NCBI GenBank assembly: GCA_033764435.1
Contig: JANRIX010000010.1
Span: forward strand, 163,220 to 227,219
DNA length: 64,000 nt
Direction: 5' to 3'
DNA from: Burkholderiales bacterium
GTDB lineage: Bacteria > Pseudomonadota > Gammaproteobacteria > Burkholderiales > Usitatibacteraceae
The first letter of the stretch is position 1, and every line of letters starts with the position of its first letter. The translations under genes and the position numbers were made by a program. Shown here in pieces: positions 1-8,469 of the stretch. The notes below the pieces were generated by a model. The model was given only the letters and a program-made list of their open reading frames with translations, had not been told where the DNA came from and did not search any database.

Positions 1-1015
1 ATTTCTGCTCGCCGCCCAGCACGAATGAACGGATTTTCTGCGTCTCCACCCGGGCTTTCAGTTCGCGCACCGCCTCGGCATCGCCCAGCTCGCCGCTGGC
101 CTGCGCGTCAGCAAACTCGATGGCATGGGCGTTGCGCACCTCGTCATCGCTGAATTTGCTCTGAAAGGCGCGCAGGAACCATTTGCTGTCGGTTGTCGGG
201 CGAAAATCCAGGTTTACCGAGAAAGCTTCGCGTTCGCGGGTGATTCGGTAGTCGCGACGCTCGAATTCCTCCAGTTTGCCGTCATCCCATGCGCCGCCGG
301 TCTCCACGTTCTCCGACCCGAACTTGCGCTTGTCGTAACTGGCGCCCAAGGCCACACCGAACTTGCCGTCCATCAGGCGGTCCGCGAACAGGGCGGTGGC
401 CTTCGGTCCGTTCTGCCTGGTGTTGTCATCGCGGCTGCCGCCGGCTTCGGCGTTGAACACGCGCCCGGGCAGGTCAAATGCGGAAAGGGTCTTCACTTCG
501 ATCGTGCCGCCCAGCGAGTTGGCGTCCTGATCGGGGGTCAGCGTCTTGCTGACCTCCAGCGAGCGAATGAGTCCGGCGGGCAGCACGTCGAGCATCACGC
601 CGCGGCGGCTGGATTCGGGCGCGGGGACCAGCGCGCCATTAATGGTCACACTGTTGAGATCGGCGCCCAGTCCGCGCACGCTCACATAGCGGCCCTCGCC
701 CTGATCACGCTCAACCGAGAGGCCGGGAATGCGCGCCAGCGCTTCGGCAGCGTTGGTGTCAGGCAGCTGGCCGATGTCGTCGCTGGACACCGCGCTCACG
801 ATGTTGTCCGCATCTTCCTGGATCTTCAGCGCCTTGCGAATATTCGCACGCTGACCCGTGACGACGATGCGCTCGATGGGTTGCGCTGTCTTCGCCGCAG
901 GTGCGCTGTTGCCGGTCGCCGGTGGCGGGGTCGTGGCCGGCGCGGGCGGGGTTGTCTGCGCGCCGACGCCCATCGCGGTCAATGCACTCAGCGTCGACAA
1001 GACACCGACAGCCAT
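1..1015 (-). CDS. TonB-dependent outer-membrane receptor, N-terminal part (gene continues beyond window start)
   Basis: Minus-strand translation from ATG at 1015 gives a Sec-type signal (MAVGVLSTLSALTAMGVGAQ). Plug-domain motifs follow: IERIVVTGQR, LARIPGLSVERDQGEGRYVSVRGLGADLNSVTINGA, GGTIEVKT. An in-frame alternative ATG lies at 1081. Absent from the ORF track because its stop lies outside the window. Confidence 0.75.
   Translation of the reverse strand, partial: MAVGVLSTLSALTAMGVGAQTTPPAPATTPPPATGNSAPAAKTAQPIERIVVTGQRANIRKALKIQEDADNIVSAVSSDDIGQLPDTNAAEALARIPGLSVERDQGEGRYVSVRGLGADLNSVTINGALVPAPESSRRGVMLDVLPAGLIRSLEVSKTLTPDQDANSLGGTIEVKTLSAFDLPGRVFNAEAGGSRDDNTRQNGPKATALFADRLMDGKFGVALGASYDKRKFGSENVETGGAWDDGKLEEFERRDYRITREREAFSVNLDFRPTTDSKWFLRAFQSKFSDDEVRNAHAIEFADAQASGELGDAEAVRELKARVETQKIRSFVLGGEQK
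836..847. repeat. GCGAATATTCGC palindrome copy (perfect)
   Basis: 12/12 match, extended form TGCGAATATTCGCA. Inside the TonB-receptor plug domain; reads ANIR on the coding strand. Confidence 0.95.
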
Positions 1016-1353
1016 GCTGGACAAGCGCGGCCGCAATGCGGCGCGAGGACAACGGGTGGAATTCTCTTTTTGGCGGCGCATGACGGACTCCCTTGATTTC
1101 GGAAAGCCCGGACTCTGGCGGCGCGACATTTCAACTCCGTTACGTGTGCTGTCACAGAGCCTCGAAGACACCCCATGCCGCGCGTCGGGAGCCGACATTT
1201 GAGCCCATTGCACCCACGCTCCGAGTCACGGAATGATCGTGGGATACCCATCGACGACCAAGCATGAGCCGTTTGCGCCCCCCTCGCGCCGGCTGACTTC
1301 GCGCTGTCATCCATTTTTCATAATCTGCCGCATCCCTTTCGATTGCCGCCGCC

Positions 1354-2268
1354 ATGCTTGCCCTGCACCGCACACCGCTCTGTATCACGCTGCTCGCTTT
1401 CGTCCTGATCACCGCACTGTTCGCCACGCTGGGCGCGACGAAAGGCGCGGCGGAATGGAAGTTCCTCGACATCGTCGGTGAAGGTGGCATCGCCCTGCTG
1501 GCGGGCATCTGCCTGGTGATGATGTGGGCCAGCCGTCCCGCCGGGCCGGTCACCTCGCTGCTCACGATCGGCCTTGCAGGGATCATGCTGGGTGCGTGGA
1601 CCGACTGCCTTGACGAGTTCTTCAAAGTGGGTGCCAACCAGAGCTGGGACAGCTGGCTGGAGGCGGTGCTCATGCTGGGCGGTGCCATCACGTTGACTGT
1701 CGGCCTCTACTTCTACCGCTTCGAACAGTTGAGTCTGAATGCGCATCTGGAGAAGCGCGAGCGCCTGTTCCGCGATCACCGCGCCTTCGACCGTGTCACC
1801 CAGGTGGCCAACGCCGACTACCTGCGTCGTCAACTGCGTGCGGAGACGGCGCCAGGGCGCGAGCCGGCCGCATTGGTGCTGCTTGACCTCGACCGCTTCC
1901 ACCTCGTGAATCGGGCGCACGGTCCGGCCGAAGGCGACCGCGTGCTGCAGGGCGTGACTCAATTGTTGCTGCTCAACGTGCGCACCGGCGACCTCGTGTG
2001 CCGCTATGCCGGCGACCGCTTCGCCGTGCTGCTCCCGGCGACGACGCCCCAGCGGGCCATGCGCCTTGCCGAGCATTTGCGGCGCGTCATCGAGCAGTGG
2101 CGCCACCATCCCCGAGACGGGACACCACCCCTCGCGCTGTGCGCGCGCCAGGCCAGCTGCCGCGTGGAGGGCGATGTCGATGCACTCCTCTCGAACCTGG
2201 ACCGAATGCTGGACGAATCAAGCAACACCCGCGTGCCCCATCGGGCCGTGCACTCCGCTCACGCCTGA
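1354..2268 (+). CDS. membrane-anchored GGDEF-domain protein with degenerate active-site motif (RYAGD)
   Basis: 304-aa ORF with N-terminal TM helices. GGDEF-like block LVLLDLDRFHLVNRAHGPAEGDRVL...CRYAGDRFAVLLP has the GG[DE]EF motif replaced by AGDRF. Confidence 0.7.
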   Translation: MLALHRTPLCITLLAFVLITALFATLGATKGAAEWKFLDIVGEGGIALLAGICLVMMWASRPAGPVTSLLTIGLAGIMLGAWTDCLDEFFKVGANQSWDSWLEAVLMLGGAITLTVGLYFYRFEQLSLNAHLEKRERLFRDHRAFDRVTQVANADYLRRQLRAETAPGREPAALVLLDLDRFHLVNRAHGPAEGDRVLQGVTQLLLLNVRTGDLVCRYAGDRFAVLLPATTPQRAMRLAEHLRRVIEQWRHHPRDGTPPLALCARQASCRVEGDVDALLSNLDRMLDESSNTRVPHRAVHSAHA

Positions 2269-2276
2269 TCTTCGTC

Positions 2277-3302
2277 GTGGAACCGCGCACCTATCGCCTG
2301 GCCGGCGAACGCTTCATCGCCGGCCTGCACCAGCCGGCGCTGGTGTACGAGTTCGGCTTGCGCTCGGAGGCCGACCCGGGACATCTGCTGCGGGATTGCG
2401 AGTTTGACCCTGCGGCGCTGCGCGATGCCGAATCCAGAGTGTCGCCGGCGGAATTGCTGAAGATGATCGGCAACACGGCACGCGCAGTCGCTCAGCCGGA
2501 CACGAGTTTTCTGCTCGGACAGCAATGGCTGCCCGGCCACTACGGGCCGGCGAGTCATGCCCTGGTTCACGCCGGCTCGCTGGGCGATGCACTGGCCATT
2601 CTCTGCCGCCACCACGCGACCTTGACGCCACTCTTGCGACCCCGCCTGCTGAACGAAGGCGATCACGCTGTCCTTTACTGGACCGACAGTTTCGGCTCGC
2701 CCGCCCTGCGTCCGCTGCTGGTCGAACTGCACATGAGCGCGGTCACGGCCATGTGCCGCTGGCTCGCGGGTGAACGGCTGCCCTGGCGCTTCTGCTTCAA
2801 TCGCGCCCGGCCGCGACATGCCGAACAGCATGCCGTGCATCTGGGCAGTGCGCTGCGCTTCGACTGCCAGCTTGATGCGCAAATCATTGACGCCGACTGG
2901 TTGCGCCGGCCGTGGCCCCGCGCGCAGATCGGTGCCATGCAGGCTTCACTGCATGGCGCCGAGGCTGATGCCGAGGCACGCGACAGCCTGCCCTCATGCC
3001 TCTATGACCACCTGTTGGCGAATATTCGCACGCCGCCCACGCTTGAAAGCACGGCAACCGACTTTGGCATCAGTCCGGCAACGTTGAAGCGCCATCTCAT
3101 GCAGCACGGCACGCACTTCCAGGCGGAGCTGGACCTGGTGCGCGCCCATGTCTCGATCTACCTCATGCAGATCAGGGGGCTCGACAACGAGGCTGTGGCG
3201 GATCATCTCGGCTTTCATGACGCCCGCAACTTCCGCCGCTCGTTCATCCGCTGGACCGGGCTCACGCCTCGCGGGATGCGCAACACGCTCTTGCCGGCCT
3301 AG
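2277..3302 (+). CDS. AraC-family transcriptional regulator
   Basis: C-terminal AraC HTH (ISPATLKRHLMQHGTHFQAELDLVRAHVSIYLMQ...ARNFRRSFIRWTGLTPRGMR). GTG at 2277 is the first start after the upstream stop at 2268; true start uncertain (next ATG is 2464). Confidence 0.55.
   Translation: MEPRTYRLAGERFIAGLHQPALVYEFGLRSEADPGHLLRDCEFDPAALRDAESRVSPAELLKMIGNTARAVAQPDTSFLLGQQWLPGHYGPASHALVHAGSLGDALAILCRHHATLTPLLRPRLLNEGDHAVLYWTDSFGSPALRPLLVELHMSAVTAMCRWLAGERLPWRFCFNRARPRHAEQHAVHLGSALRFDCQLDAQIIDADWLRRPWPRAQIGAMQASLHGAEADAEARDSLPSCLYDHLLANIRTPPTLESTATDFGISPATLKRHLMQHGTHFQAELDLVRAHVSIYLMQIRGLDNEAVADHLGFHDARNFRRSFIRWTGLTPRGMRNTLLPA
3018..3029. repeat. GCGAATATTCGC palindrome copy (perfect)
   Basis: 12/12; inside the AraC gene, frame ANIR (checked against ORF frame). 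Confidence 0.95.
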
Positions 3303-3340
3303 GCCCATCGGCCTGCAAAAAAAGTCCGCAAAATCCCCAA

Positions 3341-3371
3341 AACCCTACCAAGCATGGTGGGGTTTTTTTTC
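3341..3371 (+). terminator. rho-independent terminator downstream of the AraC gene
   Basis: 7-bp stem ccctacc/ggtgggg (one G-U pair), loop aagcat, followed by T8 (3363-3370). Confidence 0.55.
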
Positions 3372-3394
3372 TTGAACCGGTCCAGAATCGGGTC

Positions 3395-3832
3395 ATGATC
3401 GATGACACCCCCGTCCGCAGCACCCTGGTCCGCGAGTTGGTGGTCGGCGAAGCGTCCGGCCCCATTCCGGTGCTGGCACTGCTGCACTGGAACCCGTCAC
3501 GCATCCTCGCGCGGCCGGGCCAGCGCTTCCTCATCGAGGCCGACAACAGGGTCTGGACGGACGCCCACCTGCCTGCCACGGCAGCCGGTACAGGCGACCT
3601 CGGCTTGCAGCGGTTGTCCACTGCCATGTGCCGCCACCGGCAGGCCGCGCTCATGGAGTTGATCGGCACGCTCGGGCGCGAACACGATCATCAGTTCCGC
3701 ATCGGCAAGGGCACGGTGTGGGAGAACCACACTGGCATCGAGGCCGAGATCTTTTTCTACGCCAACGACGTCTACTTCATGTACTACAACAACGCCGGCA
3801 GCGTGATGGTGACGGTGACGCGGCTGGCATAG
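3395..3832 (+). CDS. hypothetical protein
   Basis: 145-aa ORF with no recognisable motifs; the terminator upstream implies an independent transcription unit. Confidence 0.4.
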   Translation: MIDDTPVRSTLVRELVVGEASGPIPVLALLHWNPSRILARPGQRFLIEADNRVWTDAHLPATAAGTGDLGLQRLSTAMCRHRQAALMELIGTLGREHDHQFRIGKGTVWENHTGIEAEIFFYANDVYFMYYNNAGSVMVTVTRLA

Positions 3833-3907
3833 TTGCGTGCGGCATGGATTTGCGTGCGGACGCGTCGCAACGACGCGCCGGGAACGATTTCCGCCACCGC
3901 AAATATT

Positions 3908-3919
3908 GCGAATATTCGC
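3908..3919. repeat. GCGAATATTCGC palindrome copy (perfect)
   Basis: 12/12. Intergenic, ~45 nt upstream of the DUF1428 start, preceded by a half copy (gcaaatattgcgaatattcgca). Confidence 0.95.
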
Positions 3920-3963
3920 AAGCCATCGGATACTCCGATCCACATAAGAAAGCGGAGAACAAC

Positions 3964-4326
3964 ATGGCCCTGTACGTCGATGGATTCCTGCTGCCCATCC
4001 CGAAGAAAAATGTGGACGCCTACAAGAAGCTCGCCCGCAAAGCCGGCAAGATCTGGCGCGAGCACGGCGCCCTGCATTACGTCGAGTGTATTGAAGACGA
4101 CGTGAAGCCCGGCAAGTGGACGTCGTTTCCCCAGGCCGTGAAGCTGAAGAAAGGCGAGACGGTGTGGTTCTCCTGGATCGTCTACAAGTCGCGCAAGCAC
4201 CGCGACCAGGTCAACGCCAAGGTCATGGCCGACCCGCGCATCAAGGCCATGGGCGGGCCGGAAGACATGCCCTTCGACGGCAAGCGAATGATGTGGGGCG
4301 GATTCAAGTCGATGGTCGAGCTGTAG
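3964..4326 (+). CDS. DUF1428 family protein
   Basis: MALYVDGFLLPIPKKNVDAYKKLARKAGKIWREHGALHYVECIEDDVKPGKW matches the DUF1428 N-terminus. RBS aagcggag upstream; in frame with ORF 3628..4326. Confidence 0.8.
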   Translation: MALYVDGFLLPIPKKNVDAYKKLARKAGKIWREHGALHYVECIEDDVKPGKWTSFPQAVKLKKGETVWFSWIVYKSRKHRDQVNAKVMADPRIKAMGGPEDMPFDGKRMMWGGFKSMVEL

Positions 4327-4364
4327 CCCAGCGAGACCACCCTGCCCGTCGCTGCGCATGCCCC

Positions 4365-4610
4365 ATGAACGATCCACTCCATAGCTTGCAGCGCTTCCTG
4401 GGCGAGCTGTTGTCCGGATTGCTGGCGGCGATGGGTCAGGTCGTCCTGACGCTGCTCGCGGTTGCGGGCACCATCACACTCATGATTGCAGCGACGATGG
4501 CCTTTGGCACAACGGGCCTGATGCTTGTCGCAGCCCCGTTGTGCATTGGCCTCTTCATCTGGGCGGTGATGCGCGCAGGCGGGGAAGGATCTGGCAGCGG
4601 CGACGAATAG
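4365..4610 (+). CDS. small membrane protein (2 predicted TM helices)
   Basis: 82-aa hydrophobic ORF MNDPLHSLQRFLGELLSGLLAAMGQVVLTLLAVAGTITLMIAATMAFGTTGLMLVAAPLCIGLFIWAVM, in frame within ORF 4116..4610. Confidence 0.4.
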   Translation: MNDPLHSLQRFLGELLSGLLAAMGQVVLTLLAVAGTITLMIAATMAFGTTGLMLVAAPLCIGLFIWAVMRAGGEGSGSGDE

Positions 4611-4614
4611 CGCC

Positions 4615-5913
4615 TTAGAGCTGCGGCCGTGCCGGCGCAGCGGGCGGCGCGGGCGGTACAGGCGGCAAAGGAAGCGCAGGTGGTGATGGCAGCGGTGGTG
4701 GGGATGGTGGCGTTGGCGGCAGCGCATCGGCCACCACCACGGCGACCGCAGCAGGCAGTCTGGGCGGCGGCGGTGCTGCAGGCGGTGCAGGCGCGGTGGT
4801 TGCACCCGGGAGCGGTGGCGGTGCCGGCGGCGCCGGTACGACGAGCGCGACATTGCCATCGGCCCATTGCGAATATTCGCCTTCCACACTGCGCGCGGCG
4901 AACTGGTTCGAACCTTCGCGCGGACGCTCCATGAGCACCATGCGCTTGCCCGGATAGTCGAACGTGACCACGTAGCGTTTCAACAGCGCGATGCCGATCG
5001 CGCCCTGGCGATTGCCCAGGCCGACCGCCTCTTTCTCTTCATACGACACCGCCACCTCGCGCGCCTGCAACACCGCCTCGCCGTGGCCCCGACTTTGACC
5101 AAACGCCACATTCACCGGCGCGCCCTTCAGCGTCTTCGACTTGCCGGACACATAGCACGCGGTCTGCGGCTCGCCCTGTTCCGGCATGCGGATTTCCGGC
5201 TTGCTGCCGGCGATGAGCGCCAGCGCGCTGTTCTTGCCAGTGTCCACATGAACATGCACTGGCACTGGCTTGTTGGCGAGATTCACGCTGAGATCTGTAT
5301 AGATGTGCCCGCTGCGAATCGAAAGCGGCAACACGGCGACGCCCGCACGCTCAGCCGGCGCGGTCCAGCGCTTCGGATCGAAGAGGCGCACCCGCCCGCG
5401 CTGATGGTCGATCTCCACCACGAACCGCTTGAAGAGATCTGCGCCGATCACGCCCTGGAAGTTGATCTTCTCGAACCGCTCCGGGCAGGGCATGGACTGT
5501 CCCGGGATGACGACAGCCGTGAGATCGGAAAACTTCACCCGGCCAAAATCGAATTCGAATCCCGGCGTGATGACGCCGGTCGGCGTTGCCGGGTTGTCGG
5601 CCGGCCCCAGCTTCCGCGCCTTCGAGGTATCGAGCTTCAGCGCCTTTGTCGCTGGCCCATCAATGATGACCGACACCGGCGCGCCCGTATCGAGGATGAA
5701 GTCGTAACGCCCGCCGCGGTTGACCGCGCCGGTCAGGATCACCAGCCCGCCCGGGCCCTCGCGAAACGCGAGCTCGATCGGCTCGTCGGCGCGGGCCGGA
5801 TCGAACTGCGCCTGCACCGTCGGCTCGGTGAAGCCCATCAGTGCGTATTGCAGGTTGCAGCCGGCCAGCACCTGCAGGAGCAGGGCGGCGAGCAGCAGCC
5901 TCGGAGCCCGCAT
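4615..5913 (-). CDS. retropepsin-like aspartic protease lipoprotein with Pro/Ala-rich C-terminal tail
   Basis: Lipobox LLQVLAGC. Two DTG motifs (FILDTGAPVSVI, VHVDTGKNSALAL). C-terminal PAPPAPPPLPG...PPVPPAPPAAPARP tail. Start at M80 (5913) or M76 (5925) of ORF 4615..6150. Confidence 0.7.
   Translation of the reverse strand: MRAPRLLLAALLLQVLAGCNLQYALMGFTEPTVQAQFDPARADEPIELAFREGPGGLVILTGAVNRGGRYDFILDTGAPVSVIIDGPATKALKLDTSKARKLGPADNPATPTGVITPGFEFDFGRVKFSDLTAVVIPGQSMPCPERFEKINFQGVIGADLFKRFVVEIDHQRGRVRLFDPKRWTAPAERAGVAVLPLSIRSGHIYTDLSVNLANKPVPVHVHVDTGKNSALALIAGSKPEIRMPEQGEPQTACYVSGKSKTLKGAPVNVAFGQSRGHGEAVLQAREVAVSYEEKEAVGLGNRQGAIGIALLKRYVVTFDYPGKRMVLMERPREGSNQFAARSVEGEYSQWADGNVALVVPAPPAPPPLPGATTAPAPPAAPPPPRLPAAVAVVVADALPPTPPSPPPLPSPPALPLPPVPPAPPAAPARPQL
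4869..4880. repeat. GCGAATATTCGC palindrome copy (perfect)
   Basis: 12/12; in the retropepsin-like gene (minus), reads EYS (frame checked). Confidence 0.95.
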
Positions 5914-5954
5914 GCTGCGCTGCATGCAATCAGGTTGGATGGACTTCCTGGACA

Positions 5955-5966
5955 GCGAATATTCGC
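5955..5966. repeat. GCGAATATTCGC palindrome copy (perfect)
   Basis: 12/12; in the 5' leader ~30-40 nt upstream of the retropepsin-like gene start. Confidence 0.95.
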
Positions 5967-6311
5967 GACGAGACATGGCGCACCTCAGCGGGTCGGCAAA
6001 GCGACGAGTGTCTGCCGCAGAGGCCAGCCGCTCAAGCGCGATTCGATGAAGCGGTGAAATCGCGGCGTGAAATGCAGGGCGGTCCTGCCGCGCCTGCCGA
6101 GCGATACAGAGCGTCACAAATCGGCACATTCGATACCAAATGCCGCTCAATTTTGCGCTGCGCTACGCGCGCGCGGCCATCGCCGCGCATGGCGACAAAC
6201 CGTTCGTCGCCTGATACAAAATTTCCGGCTTTCCCTATCAAGCATGGTGGGGACAAGCGCCTTCAGCCCTGCTAACGTCGAGAAGTTCCCGCCCAGGATG
6301 AAGGAGGCCCC

Positions 6312-8459
6312 ATGCCGTCACGCCAAGTCAACCTCACCCATGCCGGACTTCGCACGCTGGACGCCCGGCCAGACCGCCTCGATCTGCGCGACCGCCCGTA
6401 TCTGCCCCCGGTGCGATCGCTGCCGCATCGCTACCCCAGCGACGCCAATCTCCGGAAACTCCTTCCCGATTACCTGAAGAAAAAGATGGTGCTCGATCAG
6501 GGCCAGGAAGGCGCATGCACCGGCTTTGGTCTCGCGGCCGCCATCAACTTCATGCTCTGGTACAGGCATGTCGAAACCAAAGGTCGCTACCCCTACAAGC
6601 GGGTCAGCCCGTACATGCTCTACGACCTCGCGCGCTTCTACGACGAATGGCCGGGCGAGGACTACGACGGCTCCAGCTGCCGCGGCGCCATGAAGGGCTG
6701 GCACAAACATGGCGTCTGCGAATATTCGCACTGGACCAGCTCGGTGAAGCCCGGCGGAACCTCGGGAAAATCATCGAAGCCGTACAAACCCAATACCGGT
6801 TGGGCATTCGATGCGGCCAACTGTCCGGTCGGCATCTACTACCGGGTCAATCGCGAGTCTGTCACCGACATCCAGGCCGCCATCAACGAAATGGGCGCGG
6901 TCTACGTCGCGGCCACCGTCCACGCCGGCTGGGACAGCGTCAAGCTGGCGAATGCCCGCCTGAAAAGCCACGACGACATCCCGGTCATTCCGTGGACGAA
7001 GGACTATCAAGCCACTGGCGGTCACGCGTTTGCGCTGATGGGCTTCAACGAATCCGGCTTCGTCGTGCAGAACTCCTGGGGCGACCGATGGGGCAACCAG
7101 GGCTTCGCCGTGATCACCTACGCCGACTGGGTTGCCAACGGCTGCGACGCGTGGGTGTGCTCGCTGGGCGTGCCACAGGTCAAGCCCGGGTCGGCTGCCA
7201 ACGCGGCAACGGTGTCGCGCGTGCGCCAATTGAATTCGTCGGCTGTCACGCCGGCTGCGGCGCTCGCCTCGACAGCGCCTTCTGCCGCCGAGCCGTGGGA
7301 CGTGGACACCGCCTACGCGCACACGCTGGTCGCCGGCAACAACGGCGTCGTCCGCCACAACACCCCTGATATCGGCAGCGCAGCCGCCCAGGTCGAGAAG
7401 ATCCTCGTCGATGCGCCGCTGGCCTGGGCCAGGGAAACAAAGCTTGCCAAGTCCGGCAAGCCACTCAAGCTGATGCTCTACGCGCATGGCGGCCTCAATT
7501 CGGAAGACAGCTCGGTGAAGCGCATTCGCAAGCTGGGACCGTACTTCCTCGCCAACGGCGTGTACCCCGTGTTCTACACCTGGCGCACCGGGTTCATGGA
7601 AGTTGTGAAAAGCGCTCTCGGCGACGCATTTGCCCCGAGTGAAGCGCCCGCGTCGGGCAAGCTGGCCGACGCCAAGGACGCGCTGATTGAGGCGATCTGC
7701 CACGGCACGCGCGCCATCTGGAACGAAATGACGGAGAACGCCGCGCGCGGCGCCGACGCCGGACACGCGATCGACCTCGCGGCCGAGGCGATCGTCATGC
7801 TCGCCAGCAAAGTCGATCTTGAAGTGCATCTCGTTGGCCACTCCGCCGGATCGTTCGTCCACGGCCACCTCATGGACGCGCTCGCCAAGCGCAAGCTGCC
7901 GGTGCACTCGCTGACCCTCTACGCCCCCGCCTGCTCACTCGACTTTGCCAATGAACACTTCGTCCCGGCGGTGCAGAAGAAGCGGCTGGCCAAGGACGCG
8001 TTCTGGCTGCACGTCCTTTCCGACAAGCGCGAGCGTGCGGATTTCGTGGGGCCCGGCACGACCCGGGTCTACGGCAAATCCCTGCTCTATCTCGTCAGCC
8101 GAGGGTTCGAGAGCACGCGCAAGACGCCACTCGCGGGGCTTGAACACTGCCTCGATACGCGCGCCGACAACCCCGACGATGATCTGTGGACAAAGGCGCT
8201 CTACGAGAAGGATGTGCTGGCGTGGCGGAAGTTCGTTGCCACGCTGCCCGCGCAGGCGGATGGCAGGGCGGCGGTGGAGGTCACGGATGCCGATGTCGTC
8301 ACTGAGAAACTGAACGCCGACGGGACCATGTCGACCACCAAGGCCTCGCACGGCTCGTTCGACAACGATGTCGATGTTGTCACGCGCACGATCAATCGCG
8401 TGCTGGGGGTGGCCCCCGGCGCGAAGTTGGCGGTGCCGGTCGTGGATTTGAAGTATTGA
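6312..8459 (+). CDS. fusion protein: N-terminal papain-like (C1) cysteine peptidase domain + C-terminal alpha/beta-hydrolase domain
   Basis: RBS aaggagg before ATG 6312. C1 motifs: QGQEGACTGFGLAAAINF (Gln/Cys), GGHAFALMGF (His), VVQNSWGDRWGNQGF (Asn-Ser-Trp). Hydrolase motifs: LMLYAHGGLN (oxyanion HGG), LVGHSAGSFV (GxSxG nucleophile), C-terminal SHGSFDND. Confidence 0.8.
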   Translation: MPSRQVNLTHAGLRTLDARPDRLDLRDRPYLPPVRSLPHRYPSDANLRKLLPDYLKKKMVLDQGQEGACTGFGLAAAINFMLWYRHVETKGRYPYKRVSPYMLYDLARFYDEWPGEDYDGSSCRGAMKGWHKHGVCEYSHWTSSVKPGGTSGKSSKPYKPNTGWAFDAANCPVGIYYRVNRESVTDIQAAINEMGAVYVAATVHAGWDSVKLANARLKSHDDIPVIPWTKDYQATGGHAFALMGFNESGFVVQNSWGDRWGNQGFAVITYADWVANGCDAWVCSLGVPQVKPGSAANAATVSRVRQLNSSAVTPAAALASTAPSAAEPWDVDTAYAHTLVAGNNGVVRHNTPDIGSAAAQVEKILVDAPLAWARETKLAKSGKPLKLMLYAHGGLNSEDSSVKRIRKLGPYFLANGVYPVFYTWRTGFMEVVKSALGDAFAPSEAPASGKLADAKDALIEAICHGTRAIWNEMTENAARGADAGHAIDLAAEAIVMLASKVDLEVHLVGHSAGSFVHGHLMDALAKRKLPVHSLTLYAPACSLDFANEHFVPAVQKKRLAKDAFWLHVLSDKRERADFVGPGTTRVYGKSLLYLVSRGFESTRKTPLAGLEHCLDTRADNPDDDLWTKALYEKDVLAWRKFVATLPAQADGRAAVEVTDADVVTEKLNADGTMSTTKASHGSFDNDVDVVTRTINRVLGVAPGAKLAVPVVDLKY
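6718..6729. repeat. GCGAATATTCGC palindrome copy (perfect)
   Basis: 12/12, extended TGCGAATATTCGCA; in the C1 peptidase domain, reads CEYSH (frame checked). Confidence 0.95.
8139..8459. repeat. direct repeat copy A (3' end of the peptidase/hydrolase gene), paralogous to 14676-14993
   Basis: Encodes LEHCLDTRADNPDDDLW...AWRKFVATLPAQADGRAAVEVTDADVV...SHGSFDNDVDVVTRTINRVLGVAPGAKLAVPVVDLKY. About 70% aa identity to the downstream remnant. Confidence 0.75.
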
Positions 8460-8469
8460 TCGAGCGCAC

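Noticed and set aside
125-1096. 323-aa plus-strand ORF covering the first kb
   Set aside because: It is antisense to a well-supported TonB-dependent receptor N-terminus on the minus strand. It is typical of the many long shadow ORFs of high-GC DNA, such as 1318-2109(-), 6771-7907(-), 13119-14273(-), 22560-23900(-), 24111-25619(-), 26012-27052(+) and 46980-48170(-), which were rejected on the same grounds.
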